Assembly: GCA_964304625.1 (NCBI GenBank) | Contig: OZ199840.1 | Coordinates: 9,284,882-9,348,881 of the forward strand | Length of the DNA stretch: 64,000 nt | Reading direction: 5' to 3' | Source: Kudoa neothunni | Taxonomy: Eukaryota > Animalia > Cnidaria | Shown: positions 52,401-64,000 of the stretch, in pieces | Position numbering within the stretch: the first letter of the stretch is position 1 | Layout: each line of letters begins with the position of its first letter | Notes under the pieces: generated by a model | The model's database searches: none | What the model was told of the DNA's origin: nothing | What the model saw: only the letters and a program-made list of their open reading frames with translations | Made by a program: the position numbers and the translations under genes

Positions 52401-54502
52401 ATTATTACAACTGAATATTTGGATATATTTTAAAGAGTGATTAAATATAAAAACCGAGAGATTGGTAATACCGAACCATCACCCACTCAGCCTCAAAATT
52501 TACCTGCAATTTGAGCACTTTTTCACTGTACAGTTGTATCACCTCGTTTTCCGACAGAATATGGCCTACGAAAGAAAATGATAAATCGTTAGTAAACGTT
52601 GACACTGCCATAATTACATAAAATATGACTTGTTAATATTATAAAAAATTATTTTTTACACAAAATAAAAAAGTTTAAGCGAATGACAATAAAGAATGGC
52701 TGCAATGGCTGCATCAACAATTTCAACTCAAAACAATAGTTACCATCTTTCCAATCAATATTCATATGGATATAAGTAGCTAACACATTGAAAATCTGAT
52801 ACAAAGATCATATAATTTAAAATAAAAAAAAAACAACCTTTTTAAAATGTGCATTCAATCCGGAATTGTTAAATTTTTCGTCGTTATAAAATTCAGAAAT
52901 TTTGCAACAGTTCTACAAAAAACAAAATCATATCTCGTTGCCACAAATATAGGCCTCTATTCTTCCACTAGGAGTAACTAACTAAAAACCTACAATAATG
53001 TGGAAATTGTCAACCAACACAATCACAAATCTTCTAGTCCACAAGCACACTCTAATAAAACAATACACGATAATTTTAATTATATATCATTTCTATTACC
53101 ATAATATCAACAAAGAATATTAACACATTGCTCTAACAATGATACTTTTTCATTCAACAACGTATCATCTTGTCCATATTGAATAGAGTTGAGTAATGAA
53201 ATGAATTGTTGTGTTAGGAGTGCGAAAAAGCCATATTTTCGTTCCAGTCTAACAAAATCTGTTGTCAACAAAACCGAATCACAATAAACATACCTCGCAT
53301 TTTGTAATGCATCATCGGAATTTAACTTATTCAAGTTATTCTCGTACACTGTTTTTCTAACGGGAACTTCTAACGCGAAATTCTTGATCTCGTCTAGCCT
53401 ATTTCAATATTAATCTCGCTCCATTACGCATCTATGAATTTATTGAAGAATTTCTGCAATAATCGAATTGTACACAAAGTCTAATCGCTAAGTTCAGACT
53501 GCAGTTGATTAAGTTTGAATCACTCGCCCATTTTAAAATGTTAACATATTGGGTTTTTAAGAGCGCGAAAATGAATACCTCAATTATATTCTTCCACGTT
53601 GCTATTGAAACGAATGGCATAAGAACTTGATTAAGTGTCGGAATTTCCTAGAGAGAAAGTAGAATCAAACACAAAAATATCCAACGAAATTTGCACGATT
53701 ACCATAGAATTAAACAGGTTATTCATAAGTTTAATCAGCTGAATCCTCTCCTTCAATAATAAACTATCATTGTCTGTTTCGATCATTGTGATGACTTGAT
53801 CCACCAACAGTTCAAGTTGATCAACATTGCCAGTGATGCACTATATAATATTTAACGTTGGCTATCGCGCCAAAAAAATACATGCACTGGATTGTGACAT
53901 TTAACGCGAAACTTCTCATTGATCATAACCACAACAGACCATAATAAATGGATGAGGATGGTCTTGGATGAGCCAATTGCGTTGGATTCGACAAAATTTG
54001 GCCACAAGTAATTCTCAAGATATTTACTACAAAAACCAATCAAAGTTAAGACTCCAGCATCAAATAAAAACGATTCTCTACATATATTCAAGAATTGAAA
54101 CAGTCTTGCATGGAAACCTAAATATTAACGTTAAAGTAATTGAGTATGGCTGTAAATCAAGCAATCAAGTTACGTTTGAGTTATGATATCGTCTTGATAT
54201 ATTTGTTTCACCCAACTACATTCATAGTTGTTAGTATAGAAATAGTTGAAATTTATCGAAATCACGTTTTAGATTAAACTTTTGAGATTTGGCTGATTTT
54301 GAAGGGCGTTTTCTCGAAGAAATCACATTTTTTGCTGGATCTGGGGGTAACCAGTGTTCACTCGCCAACTAAAATAATTTTCAGTAATTTATACTATTTC
54401 TTATGTCATCACTTTGTACAGAGACGAATTACAAAGATCTTCGACAGAAGGTGTGGTGAAAAAACCAGCGGACTCCATCTTCGGGGTTTGCTGCGTGCGC
54501 AT
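46405..54502 (-). CDS. AQR: RNA helicase Aquarius (intron-binding spliceosomal SF1 helicase), many exons
   Basis: Motifs [123 protein letters not shown] and [12 protein letters not shown]. Start at 54502 or 54478. Confidence 0.95.
49794..51043 (-). mobile_element. Internally deleted piggyBac element inside an AQR intron
   Basis: TTAA on both sides (49790-93, 51044-47) and TIR CCTTCCGAGCGCC / CCTTTCGAGCGAC. Remnants of the acidic N-terminus and [27 protein letters not shown]. Confidence 0.85.
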
Positions 54503-55967
54503 GTTTCGTTCTACCACATTGCTCAAAAGGGATAGGTGGAAAGTTTTATTCGAGATGAATTTTCTATGAATAATATAAAAAATCTATTTTATTGTGAATT
54601 ACATTAAAAATAAAGTTCTACAAATTTATCTAAGTAGTTTAAAGTTATTTTTGTAAATTTTTTTATTAATAAATAAAATTACATATTATTAATTTAAATA
54701 TATGTATTATATTGAAGTTTATTATTAATACACATTTTTGAGAGATAATTTCTATCAGATTAGTTATTACAATAATAAAATATATTATTTAAAAATATCA
54801 ATTAAATATAGTTAACAAATTAATTCAAATGAAACTAATAGTCATTCGGTTTTATGATTAATTAATGTGACGATAAATTGTGGGGCTTCTTGTTGTCTTT
54901 CGATCATAACTGTAGCGTGGTGGGAGGGATTTTAGGTTTATACATAGAATTATGGAAGAAAAGTAAATTATAGAGTAGGAGGCGGCAATTTACCACCCGT
55001 AAGTTATCTCTATCCGGCCCACCATACATTGACTGACGTACAAATTTTTCTTAATATCTAAAATGCCTAAATAATTTTTATGTTTTTTCTAGATCGTTTT
55101 TCTAAATGTTAATATGTTGTCGATATAAACATTTTGGCTGACTAAAATTCATTTTCAATTTAATGGAAATGAATTTATATCAAAGTTAAATAAGGTTAAA
55201 ATTATTTCTATAAAAGTATAAACTATTTTTAAATCAGAATATGGCTATATCATGTTTTTGACTTTGTCCAATCAATCGTACTTTCACTAGTTAAACACGA
55301 GTTGATTATATTGGACGTGAAAATTATTAGAATTTAATACTTTTGGTTTGGCGTATTATTATTACTATTCTACATCAAAAGGACTATGTAAATTCTTTTT
55401 ATATCTTTAAACCCAAAATCAGAGTTAAGAATAATTCAAAATTTTGATAGATTATTTTAATACGTCCCGCATTAGAATTGGGGTTAGTCCGTCATGTCCG
55501 TTACTCGAAAAGGTTGAGGACCTTTGTTATGGAGTAGTATTCCAGGCTTCGTTTTTTAAAGAAGCTAAAGTTGCCACTATTAAGCAATTTAAGCATTTTA
55601 ATATATTATCCAACTCCTATTTAAAGGGAATTCTAGGATGTAAAGATGGGATAATTTCATTTGAAGTAAAACTAACAAAACAAGTATGAGAACGTTAAAA
55701 TCAGGGAAAATACATTCTTGGATTACGTTTTTTATAATTTGGTGTACTAAATTCGATAAAAAACGTAGAATCAAGTTCTTTTTGACATAATAAATTAGAG
55801 AGACAAAAATTTAAATAAGAATGTGACATATGTATAGTTACGAGGTTTCAAAAGTAGAGTTGAAATAAAAAGAATGAATCTCCATAGTGAATCAATTGGA
55901 GTTGACGCAGCTATTGTCATCGAGCTTTTTATACGGTTTAAGAAGTTTCGTGAAAGTTATTCTAAAA

Positions 55968-56827
55968 CAATGTTTCCCAATCTTTTATCCATTGCGCCCA
56001 CTTTTTTCTTGAAACAAGTTCTTTCCCCCAATACTCATTAAACGCTTTCACGTCTGAATTTCTATTTATTGAGGAAAAAATATATAAATTTAAATAAACA
56101 ATTTTAACTTTAAACCTATATTGATTTTCTTAAAATACCTTTTAGCATTTCATAAAAATTGGTATTAAATGTTGTCCGTATATCGGACATCCGGCAAGAA
56201 AGGGTTATAGTATTGATTTTTTAATTTAAACCACTATCAACTTCGAATCAAGCTCTTTATCACATTCAAATTAGAAAGCGATTAATATATACTTTTTTCT
56301 TATTAAAATTAAAATGAATTCTATACGATCTAATTTAATTTATTGATGGACCCTATAAATTAACATCTTTGGTCTTCACTCCGTCAATAACAACGTTAAG
56401 TGAAACTCGTTGTAACCCAACCCCCATTGGGCAAGACTTTTATGTGTATGTGGCTTATAACACGAGAATAAGTAATAAAGATTTAAAATGAGCAACATTA
56501 TATTTTATAGATCGAAAACCGAGGAGATCACGATTATAAATATGACAAGGTTGGAATTCAAATCATTCCAATTCTATTTGGGGTAAAGATATTTTTATTT
56601 ATTTTTGTATAATTAATCATTGCTTTAGTACTCCTCTATTATTATAATAGTCACTTAATAATGAACCACATCAATAATCGAGGAATTGATTTCAAACTGT
56701 GCCACATTGCCCAATTATCTCATCATTATCCATGTCCAGGTTTTTCACATCCTACAAAAGCCGGTTATTAAACGCTCAAAAATTTTCATGTCCCACCAAA
56801 ATTCTTCCACGACATTGGGAAACACTG
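55968..56827. mobile_element. Internally deleted hAT (Charlie/Buster-like) element
   Basis: TIR CAATGTTTCCCAAT / CAGTGTTTCCCAAT and TSD ttctaaaa/ctctaaag (NTCTARAN-like target). Homologous to 10739-11410. Confidence 0.85.
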
Positions 56828-57119
56828 CTCTAAAGATTTCACATACATCATTGATGTGACCGCCTTATTCTATCAAGAATAGCACAATAATTATTACATT
56901 TGTTAAAAAATTCATTTTTTAATATGGAGTTTGTTTGTTCTGTTAAAATCACTTCGAAGAAAACAAAAATCAAGAAAACTTGTAAATTTCCATTTTGAGC
57001 TTCTCTATCCAGCAAAATGATAATAAATTTAATAGTTAAGCCAAATAAGAAGCTCCTTGCTTTAAAATGAAAGTAAACCCCCTTGTAAATAGGAAAGACC
57101 AAAAAAATGCGTCGATAAC

Positions 57120-57120
57120 T

Positions 57121-57146
<26 letters not shown>
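57120..57146. repeat. (TA)n microsatellite
   Basis: Directly visible. Confidence 0.9.
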
Positions 57147-57151
<5 letters not shown>

Positions 57152-58292
57152 GAATATATTGAGTTATATAAATAAGATAATTTATTGATTTACTTTTTAA
57201 CGTATGTATTAATTGTCAAGCTCATATCTAAATTTAAATTAACTAGTAACCCAAAATTTTCATTCCTTAATTTTTTCGAATTAAACGCGTCTCGAAAACA
57301 TTTCCACGTTATATTACAATAAAAAACGAAAACAGTTTAAACTATGGGAAATAATGATGTGTTTATTAAATGTTTACGATTTACTTGAAAAAATATTAAA
57401 AATATTATTTCCAGTTTATAGTTTACAGCTGTTATTTAATCTCGAACCCCCAACTCTTGGTGCGCCCCTAGTTGAGATTCGTTGCCTTATTTACATTATG
57501 GCAAAATGTCTTATCATATTTCAATTAATATATTTCACCGCGATTTAAAAAATAATGGCATACATTGAAACATTAAGATATAGGAATAAATTATTTTTGG
57601 CAGTTTAAAACTATTTATTCAAATAGATTTAAATATTAGTTAATTCTTAAAAAATAATTAAAATCCTCACCAAGCAAATCTGTGATTTTTTTCTTCTGCA
57701 ATAAACAATAAAAATATTTCAAAGAATCTTATATTTTAGTATTTTTATAAATAATTTTTTTACAGCACATCTAATTTTCTCATTAGGTCATAATACTTGC
57801 CAGAAAATTCCTGCTCAAACCCTTGAAGAATATTTTAATGACTAAACAACTTTAAAAAGAGACGAAAATTTCATCGATGTTTTAAAACCCACTAAATTTG
57901 TACCGAATCTAAAATGGTCAAAGTAATCCAAAATAAAATCATTCAAATAACACCCACCGTATATTTTTGCAAGTATACTTATAGGAAATATTGGTTTAAT
58001 GAATTTTGCAATTTTTATCAAATTAGAACTATTTAATCATCGAAAAGTCTACCATACGCTCAACCAAACCTGTTTTTCGTGAGTCGATTGGAATATGTGA
58101 TTAATTTCAGATAATTAATTAACGTACCTAAATTTTTATATTCCACGCAGAAGTAATATCCATAACTGGACCGCAAAATAAAAATCAACGTTAGTCGTGC
58201 GCGATCGATTGGTTTCGGACAGCATTGCGAAAGAGCCCAGCGCGACATTTCTGTTGTGTGGTCGTCCGAGTGTGGTGCTGTGCTTGAACTGA

Positions 58293-58902
58293 ATGTTTTT
58301 TTTGGTCAATCTCAACAAGGAGATACATGTTCATCCGAAGTATTTCGGTACCGATCTACTTGAGGTGGTTCGGTCACGATTGATGCAAGAAGTGAGGGAT
58401 CGTGTGATGGGAAGTACGGTTTTATTGTGGCAGTGAAAAATATCACAAAACTTGGGTTCGGCGAATTGGAAGCTGGAATCGGTTTCCGTCTCCTATCACA
58501 TCGACTATGAGGCTGTTGTGTTTAGACCGATCAAAGGGCAGGTGATCGATGTGTTAGTTACCGAAGTATTATCAATCACACACTACACATATACTTTACT
58601 GATGAAAATTAAGTGGCTTGCATTTTTAGATTTTTTGTTCGTTCTAGATCAATAAAGTTGGAATTTTTGCAGAAGCAGGGCCACTGTCCATTTTCATATC
58701 TAGTCATTGTATACCTAGTCACATGAATTTTGATGCAGAATCTGAAAATCCCTAGATTTTCTGCAAAATCCGAACAAAAATACATTCAAAAAGATGACAA
58801 AAATCGTGTTCGACTTATCGGTATCCGCGTTGATAATAGAGAATTGTTTGCTGTGGCTCGATCATCGAAGATTATCTAGGAAAACTACAGGACACTAACT
58901 AA
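58293..58902 (+). CDS. POLR2G: RNA polymerase II subunit RPB7 (2 exons; four apparent 1-nt indels)
   Basis: [21 protein letters not shown](E)[33 protein letters not shown]|[36 protein letters not shown](G)SIIEDYLG matches RPB7. Confidence 0.92.
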
Positions 58903-59474
58903 CACCAACTGTTGTATATTTTGTATATTGGTCGCCTAACCACGTCGGTTAGGATATGACTTTTTAGTTATTCGAGATTTAATCCCAGCCAAGTTTTTGT
59001 ATTCACTGTTTCCGACGTTGCTTTATCAGTCGTGGAACTTATTTATTAACATAATAACAGTTACATTGGTTATTTCAAATAGTACGCGTTTCTAGGTGGG
59101 GTTCGAATGGATTCGATAGAGCAGCTAAGTTTCACTCGAATATAATCTTAATCTCTGACATTTGTTCATCGTTAGAACTCATTTTTAAATGAAATTTACT
59201 TCGATATTCCCGGTGATAGTAGGTCACTTAAAATGCAACGAATGTGCTGAAAGTTGTTTACTTGAAAATATTGTCAATAATGATTAAACACGTAAAATTT
59301 AAGGTGTAATCCGCGTGGTATTTGATTGTATGTGTTTGTTTAGCTGCTTTGAAGTCGTGTTTTTTATTTATTACTTAGTATGATAGAACTGGTGGTAATA
59401 TTTTCGAGTTATTCGATATCTATATTAGATTTTAGTTGGTTAATGTTAGAAGGTTGGGTGGGTTAATTTTTTAA

Positions 59475-60795
59475 CCCTCTAACAGGTGAAAAAACAACCA
59501 CTCTCTAAAGAGTTCTGGGGAAAAAAAGACCGTACAATTTTGTTCTTTTAGCGTATTCAACAAATTATTATAAAGTTTTGAGAAGAATATGGGAAGATTT
59601 TGCCCAAGGAATAATGAGAAAACAATCAATTTTTACATAATTGATCCTCGGTGATCTGCTTCGGTAGGATTAGGTGTTATTTCGTAATAACTCGTGGTGA
59701 GAATGTATAGTATGTTTAACCTCATTTGAAATAACGACAAGCAAAATTCTTACTGCAAATAAAATTTAAATTCTATTAAAGACTCTCTATGCAGTAAACA
59801 TGCGGAATAATGAACGTAATCAAAAACAGCCATAGATAACCAAATCGGCCATGATGAATAATTAATTTTTGTTTATTTTTTAGTTTGATTCAACATGAAT
59901 TTACATTTAATATTATCTTTCAGATATATACGATAGTTGTTGTAATTTATTATGTATCTCCTGGTCCCTCGTGATCATTTGTACAGGCCATAACACTCAA
60001 TTGAGGAAAGCATCGTTTATGTATTCTAAAATTTGAGTGTGGAAACTGATTTCTATGCCTTCTCACAATTTCTCCTTGGCGACTACCTATTATTAAATAC
60101 GAGAATTTCATATTTAGTACAAACATTAGATAATCAGTTGTTGCAAATGTTTGATGTCAGCATCAAAAATAAATTATTTGACGAAATTCAGGCATTCCTA
60201 CTATAAACTGTTTAATAAATATCACAATTCGAATTTATATTTGTAGGATTAATTATCGATCTAACTATAATCTTTTCACCGGTGAATGCCGCCATTGTTC
60301 TGCAATTTTACCTCTAAATTATTAGAAGCTTATTTATTAGGAGATATTTATCGTTGGTAGGGTTAGTAACATGGATAATTTGGTTTGTTTTTGGTAATAA
60401 ACCTTGGCGTCATAATACTTGTTGAAACGACGGCTTACGATATATACGCTCCCGCATAATTAATCGGATTATTTCGAATAATAATTATTCAATTTCTCAG
60501 TATTCCTTCGGCAGAATTTTTCAAAATCTTCCAAATCGTTTTGTAACAATTTTCTGCATCCATTGAACTAAAAAATCCTGGAGTCTTTATTATCCCAAAA
60601 TCTGTTTGAATAAAAAAATTTTGTTCGAGAAGATATAATCAATATTCCACATAAAATTTTGTATGAATCTATTTATTAAATAATCTAGGAGAACAGACGA
60701 AATTTTAAGTAGTTCAGATAATTATTAAATATTCTATGAACAAATTAAAATCCTTTTGGGGTCTAGTTGATCCCAAGCCCGTTTACGTTAGAGGG
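59475..60795. mobile_element. piggyBac-type non-autonomous element
   Basis: TTAA|CCCTCTAAC ... GTTAGAGGG|TTAA: perfect 9-bp TIR with TTAA TSD, plus subterminal GGGG..CCC palindromes. Confidence 0.85.
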
Positions 60796-62899
60796 TTAAT
60801 TCCAAAATTAGATTCAGTGTTTTTAAAATTATTTATTTGTTTTACAGTATGTAACCGATAGTATTTAGTCCACTCAGGACCGTCAAAAAAGTGGGTATTA
60901 AACGTCGCGTCCGATTGTATGATTGTATGCAGTTAAAATGCACGCGCGATTATTTTTATTTTTCAGCATGAGTAATACCATTTGTTTTTAAATGAAAATA
61001 ACTAAAAATACATTATAAGTTAATTTGGCTACAAAATATTTATATCTACACTGGGATAAAATTTAGTAAATAATCGATTCTACGAGGTTTTAAATGTTAT
61101 TTTAATTCTTATTTATTTTTAGCGCCATATTAAAAATAAATTTTTATATTTTGACCTTACATATTTTAATATAGTTCACCATACTATTTAATTTAGATAC
61201 AGCGTAAACTGTAAAATGTCTAATGACGAATATTATTGCGTTTTTAGATACGTTATGAAATGTGGTTCCGTTTTTTCTAATATTCCTGAAAAGCTCAACT
61301 GTTTAAATTTAAATTGTACCCTCGGAGACAATAAACAAAAACAAAATCTGCGTATTTTGACCCAAAAAGTGCATACCATCGCTTAGTCACGTGATATAAC
61401 AGATTGGTAATTTCGTAGTTTGATTCAAAAATATTTTAGACTTTAATTTTTTTACAATCATAAAAATATTATAAAACCCACCATCTAATATAAACGTTGA
61501 ATACATCGTATTGATGGCGTGCGTACTATCGATTACCTATTGTATTTGTTTCAAAACGGCGCAAAGGTCGCCAAAAATTTAGGACATTACATTATTTCAG
61601 GATCAAAATGCTATCTGCGTGCGATATCATTCAAGGTGTCTGAATCCAAGTGCAATGAATCTTTTAAAATGAAATAAATTTTTTTTTGAACATTTTCTAA
61701 ATTAAAAGTACATTATTTTATATCAACAAGCGATTTTTACGCGAGCTCAACAATACGCCTGGTCTAAACGCACCCTCACCCAATCAAAATTTCATTAACA
61801 CAAATAATCGGAAATATGTGGCATTGCACATAAAAATGCGACATAGAGTTATTCTGTTAGTAGAAATAATTAATGCTGCTGGTTAGATTTTTTTATGAAA
61901 TTCCTCAAAAATATACAAACGAATAAATTTCCGAGTGTATGGATGTGGATATTCACAAATCAATGACTAGGTGAATTTTAAGACCAAATCAAGATGGTAT
62001 TTGTTCAATCAGTAAAAATGTGGTAACCACTGATAAAAACTTCCCAATATGCAAAAATCAGTCATTCAAAGTTCAGTCGATGATGACTGCATAACAAGTT
62101 TTGCGAAAATTGTCCAAAAAATACATGTCCCATCACCTTATTTATGGTCTTTTTTTAAACCCAAGTGAGATATTTTCCATTATTTGATATCAACTGTGAG
62201 AAATAAAAATCATGCCCACAATAAGAATTATCTAATGCTATTACGAAGGACCAACTAAAATTACGCCTAAACAATACTTTAACGACTTCAACTATTCAGA
62301 CTCAGTTTAATCGTTGTTTAAACTTAGAAACTATTGATAATCGAAAATATGTTGCATTTTGATCTTGAAATATTGTAATAAAGAACCTTGATTTATGTGT
62401 CATCCCTGATCGAAAACTTTGCCCATCTAACATTTAACAATTGTCCTTATAGTTTTTACACCGTTATTTTTTAATTTAATCTACCCTGAAATAAATATTC
62501 CAAATGTATTTACAAACAGCCTACACATGTCCCATGCTTTATTTTACGTCTTCAATAATTCATATCATAGTTGTATGGATAATTGAGAAAATGTGAAAAT
62601 TAAACTCTCACTTGATTTATTTAAAACTATTTTTACTCCTAATTTTTTATTATATGTTATACTAAAATTATTCCCGTTAATTTTTCTGTTATTTAAGCAA
62701 TTCAAATTGATAAAGTTAAAGACATATAAAATAACGACAATTATTTTTATTTTTTATAATTATCAACTTATCACTCTAAATTTTAAATATTTCAACATAA
62801 AAAGATATTTTGCTTATCATTCCAATCAACAAAAATTAACTCTTACATTTTAATGAAAACGAACTAATAATCACACTTTCTCGAATTATAAAAGTATTT

Positions 62900-63400
62900 A
62901 TTTAAACCCCAGAATGTTTATATTGGTATTATTCACTAAAATTAACTCGTCAATTACTCCGATTTAATAATTTTAAAAATAATTGAAAAGGAAGTAAAAT
63001 ATGCAATCATACATTTCTATATATTCGAAAATAAAACTAATTTATTAATAGAGAATTTAAAAACAAATGAATTCACACGTAGAAACAGTACTTTAATATT
63101 TTTAATTGCCTTCGCTGTATTTCGTATGTGTACGGTTGACGAGTCAGTTAATTCGACCAATTGCTTTGTTGTTGTCATTTTCTTTCAATGGATATCATAA
63201 TCCAGTCCATAAAAAGTAATTCTATTATATTAGTGGATAAAAGGTGACATGTACAACTGCCTAATGTTGCATTTTATTGTTTGTTTTTGATACATCTAAC
63301 TCCTGCATCTCATTCACCTTTTATTTTATCTCTATTAATCCATAACGATTATTTCTATAGGTATCCAGCATGAAATTAGAAAAAAAGATGATCTAAGTAT
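62900..63400 (-). mobile_element. piggyBac transposase C-terminal remnant
   Basis: NFMLDT..NRY (FMLD..NAY-like) and a Cys-containing tail, plus a ctggggttt subterminal motif. Confidence 0.4.
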
Positions 63401-63478
63401 ATTATATGTGTTTATATTGGATCATATGTTTGGTTGCTGATGTTTATATTGAACCGATTTTCGCCCTCACCGTTCGTC

Positions 63479-63551
63479 GCTTGCGTGGCTCAATGGTGAG
63501 AGCGTCGGTCTCCTAAATCGAAGGTTGGGGGTTCGAGTCCCCCCGTAGGCG
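63479..63551 (+). tRNA. tRNA-Arg(CCT)
   Basis: 73-nt cloverleaf with acceptor GCTTGCG/CGTAGGC, D arm with TGGCTCAATGG, anticodon stem TCGGT/ATCGA with loop CT-CCT-AA, and T arm GGGGGTTCGAGTCCCCC. Confidence 0.93.
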
Positions 63552-63623
63552 GGCGTACTTATTGCACTGCTTTGTATTCCTAAAAATGCAGCAATGCAGG
63601 CGTTGCGTTACTTACTTAAACCT

Positions 63624-63656
63624 TTAGTTAGTCAGTTAGTTAGTTAGTTAGTTAGT
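63624..63656. repeat. (TTAG)n microsatellite
   Basis: Directly visible. Confidence 0.75.
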
Positions 63657-64000
63657 GTTGTATTATATTTGATCAGTTTACTAACGTCGCACCAATACCG
63701 GCTAGATCTAGATTTGAATAATTAACCACTATTACACACTTTTATATATTTAATCAAGTCAGCTTTTTATCTATTTTCTCGTAGGCAATTATAGAAGCTT
63801 GTCCTCAAGGCGTGACGTTGATAAGACCACAGTTATCCAGAATGTATTTTCTTAATGTAAATTAGTTAATCGATCAGTTAAAATCATTTGTAGATCAAGC
63901 AAATGGGTGCACATAGTGTTCCAATCTACAAATGTCGCGATATTTTGATGGCACTATTGTATCTAGTCTATCAAGTAATTTCCTACATTATGCTATTCAA

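Noticed and set aside
59097-59120. GGGGTTCGAATGGATTCGATAG resembles a tmRNA 5' end
   Set aside because: Eukaryotic nuclear context, and no matching 3' acceptor stem or tag ORF. Probably chance or a TE end.
60870-62500. Possible further decayed transposase
   Set aside because: No diagnostic motif or TIR pair could be established.

Overview
This is AT-rich eukaryotic nuclear DNA with short GT-AG introns (mostly ~40-100 nt) and very divergent animal-type proteins. It is consistent with a fast-evolving parasitic metazoan such as a myxozoan or orthonectid, but the taxon cannot be fixed from sequence alone. Recognisable genes are SIKE/FGFR1OP2, an ABHD4/5-family hydrolase, NEDD1, a T-box factor, an orphan acidic protein, two paralogous secreted five-Kunitz-domain proteins, an MDH1-type dehydrogenase, RPL27, Aquarius (AQR), RPB7 and tRNA-Arg(CCT). 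Intergenic DNA is largely decayed mobile elements: piggyBac, hAT, Tc1/IS630, a Mag-type gypsy element, LINE fragments and a tRNA-derived SINE family. The most interesting signal is the cytosolic-type MDH. It carries a mitochondrial-type presequence and has lost the oxaloacetate-specificity Arg (now Leu, as in Trichomonas LDH), which suggests an organelle-targeted lactate/2-hydroxyacid dehydrogenase derived from MDH1. Several essential genes carry single-base indels that look like long-read assembly errors. Exon boundaries and alignments were done by eye against remembered family motifs.
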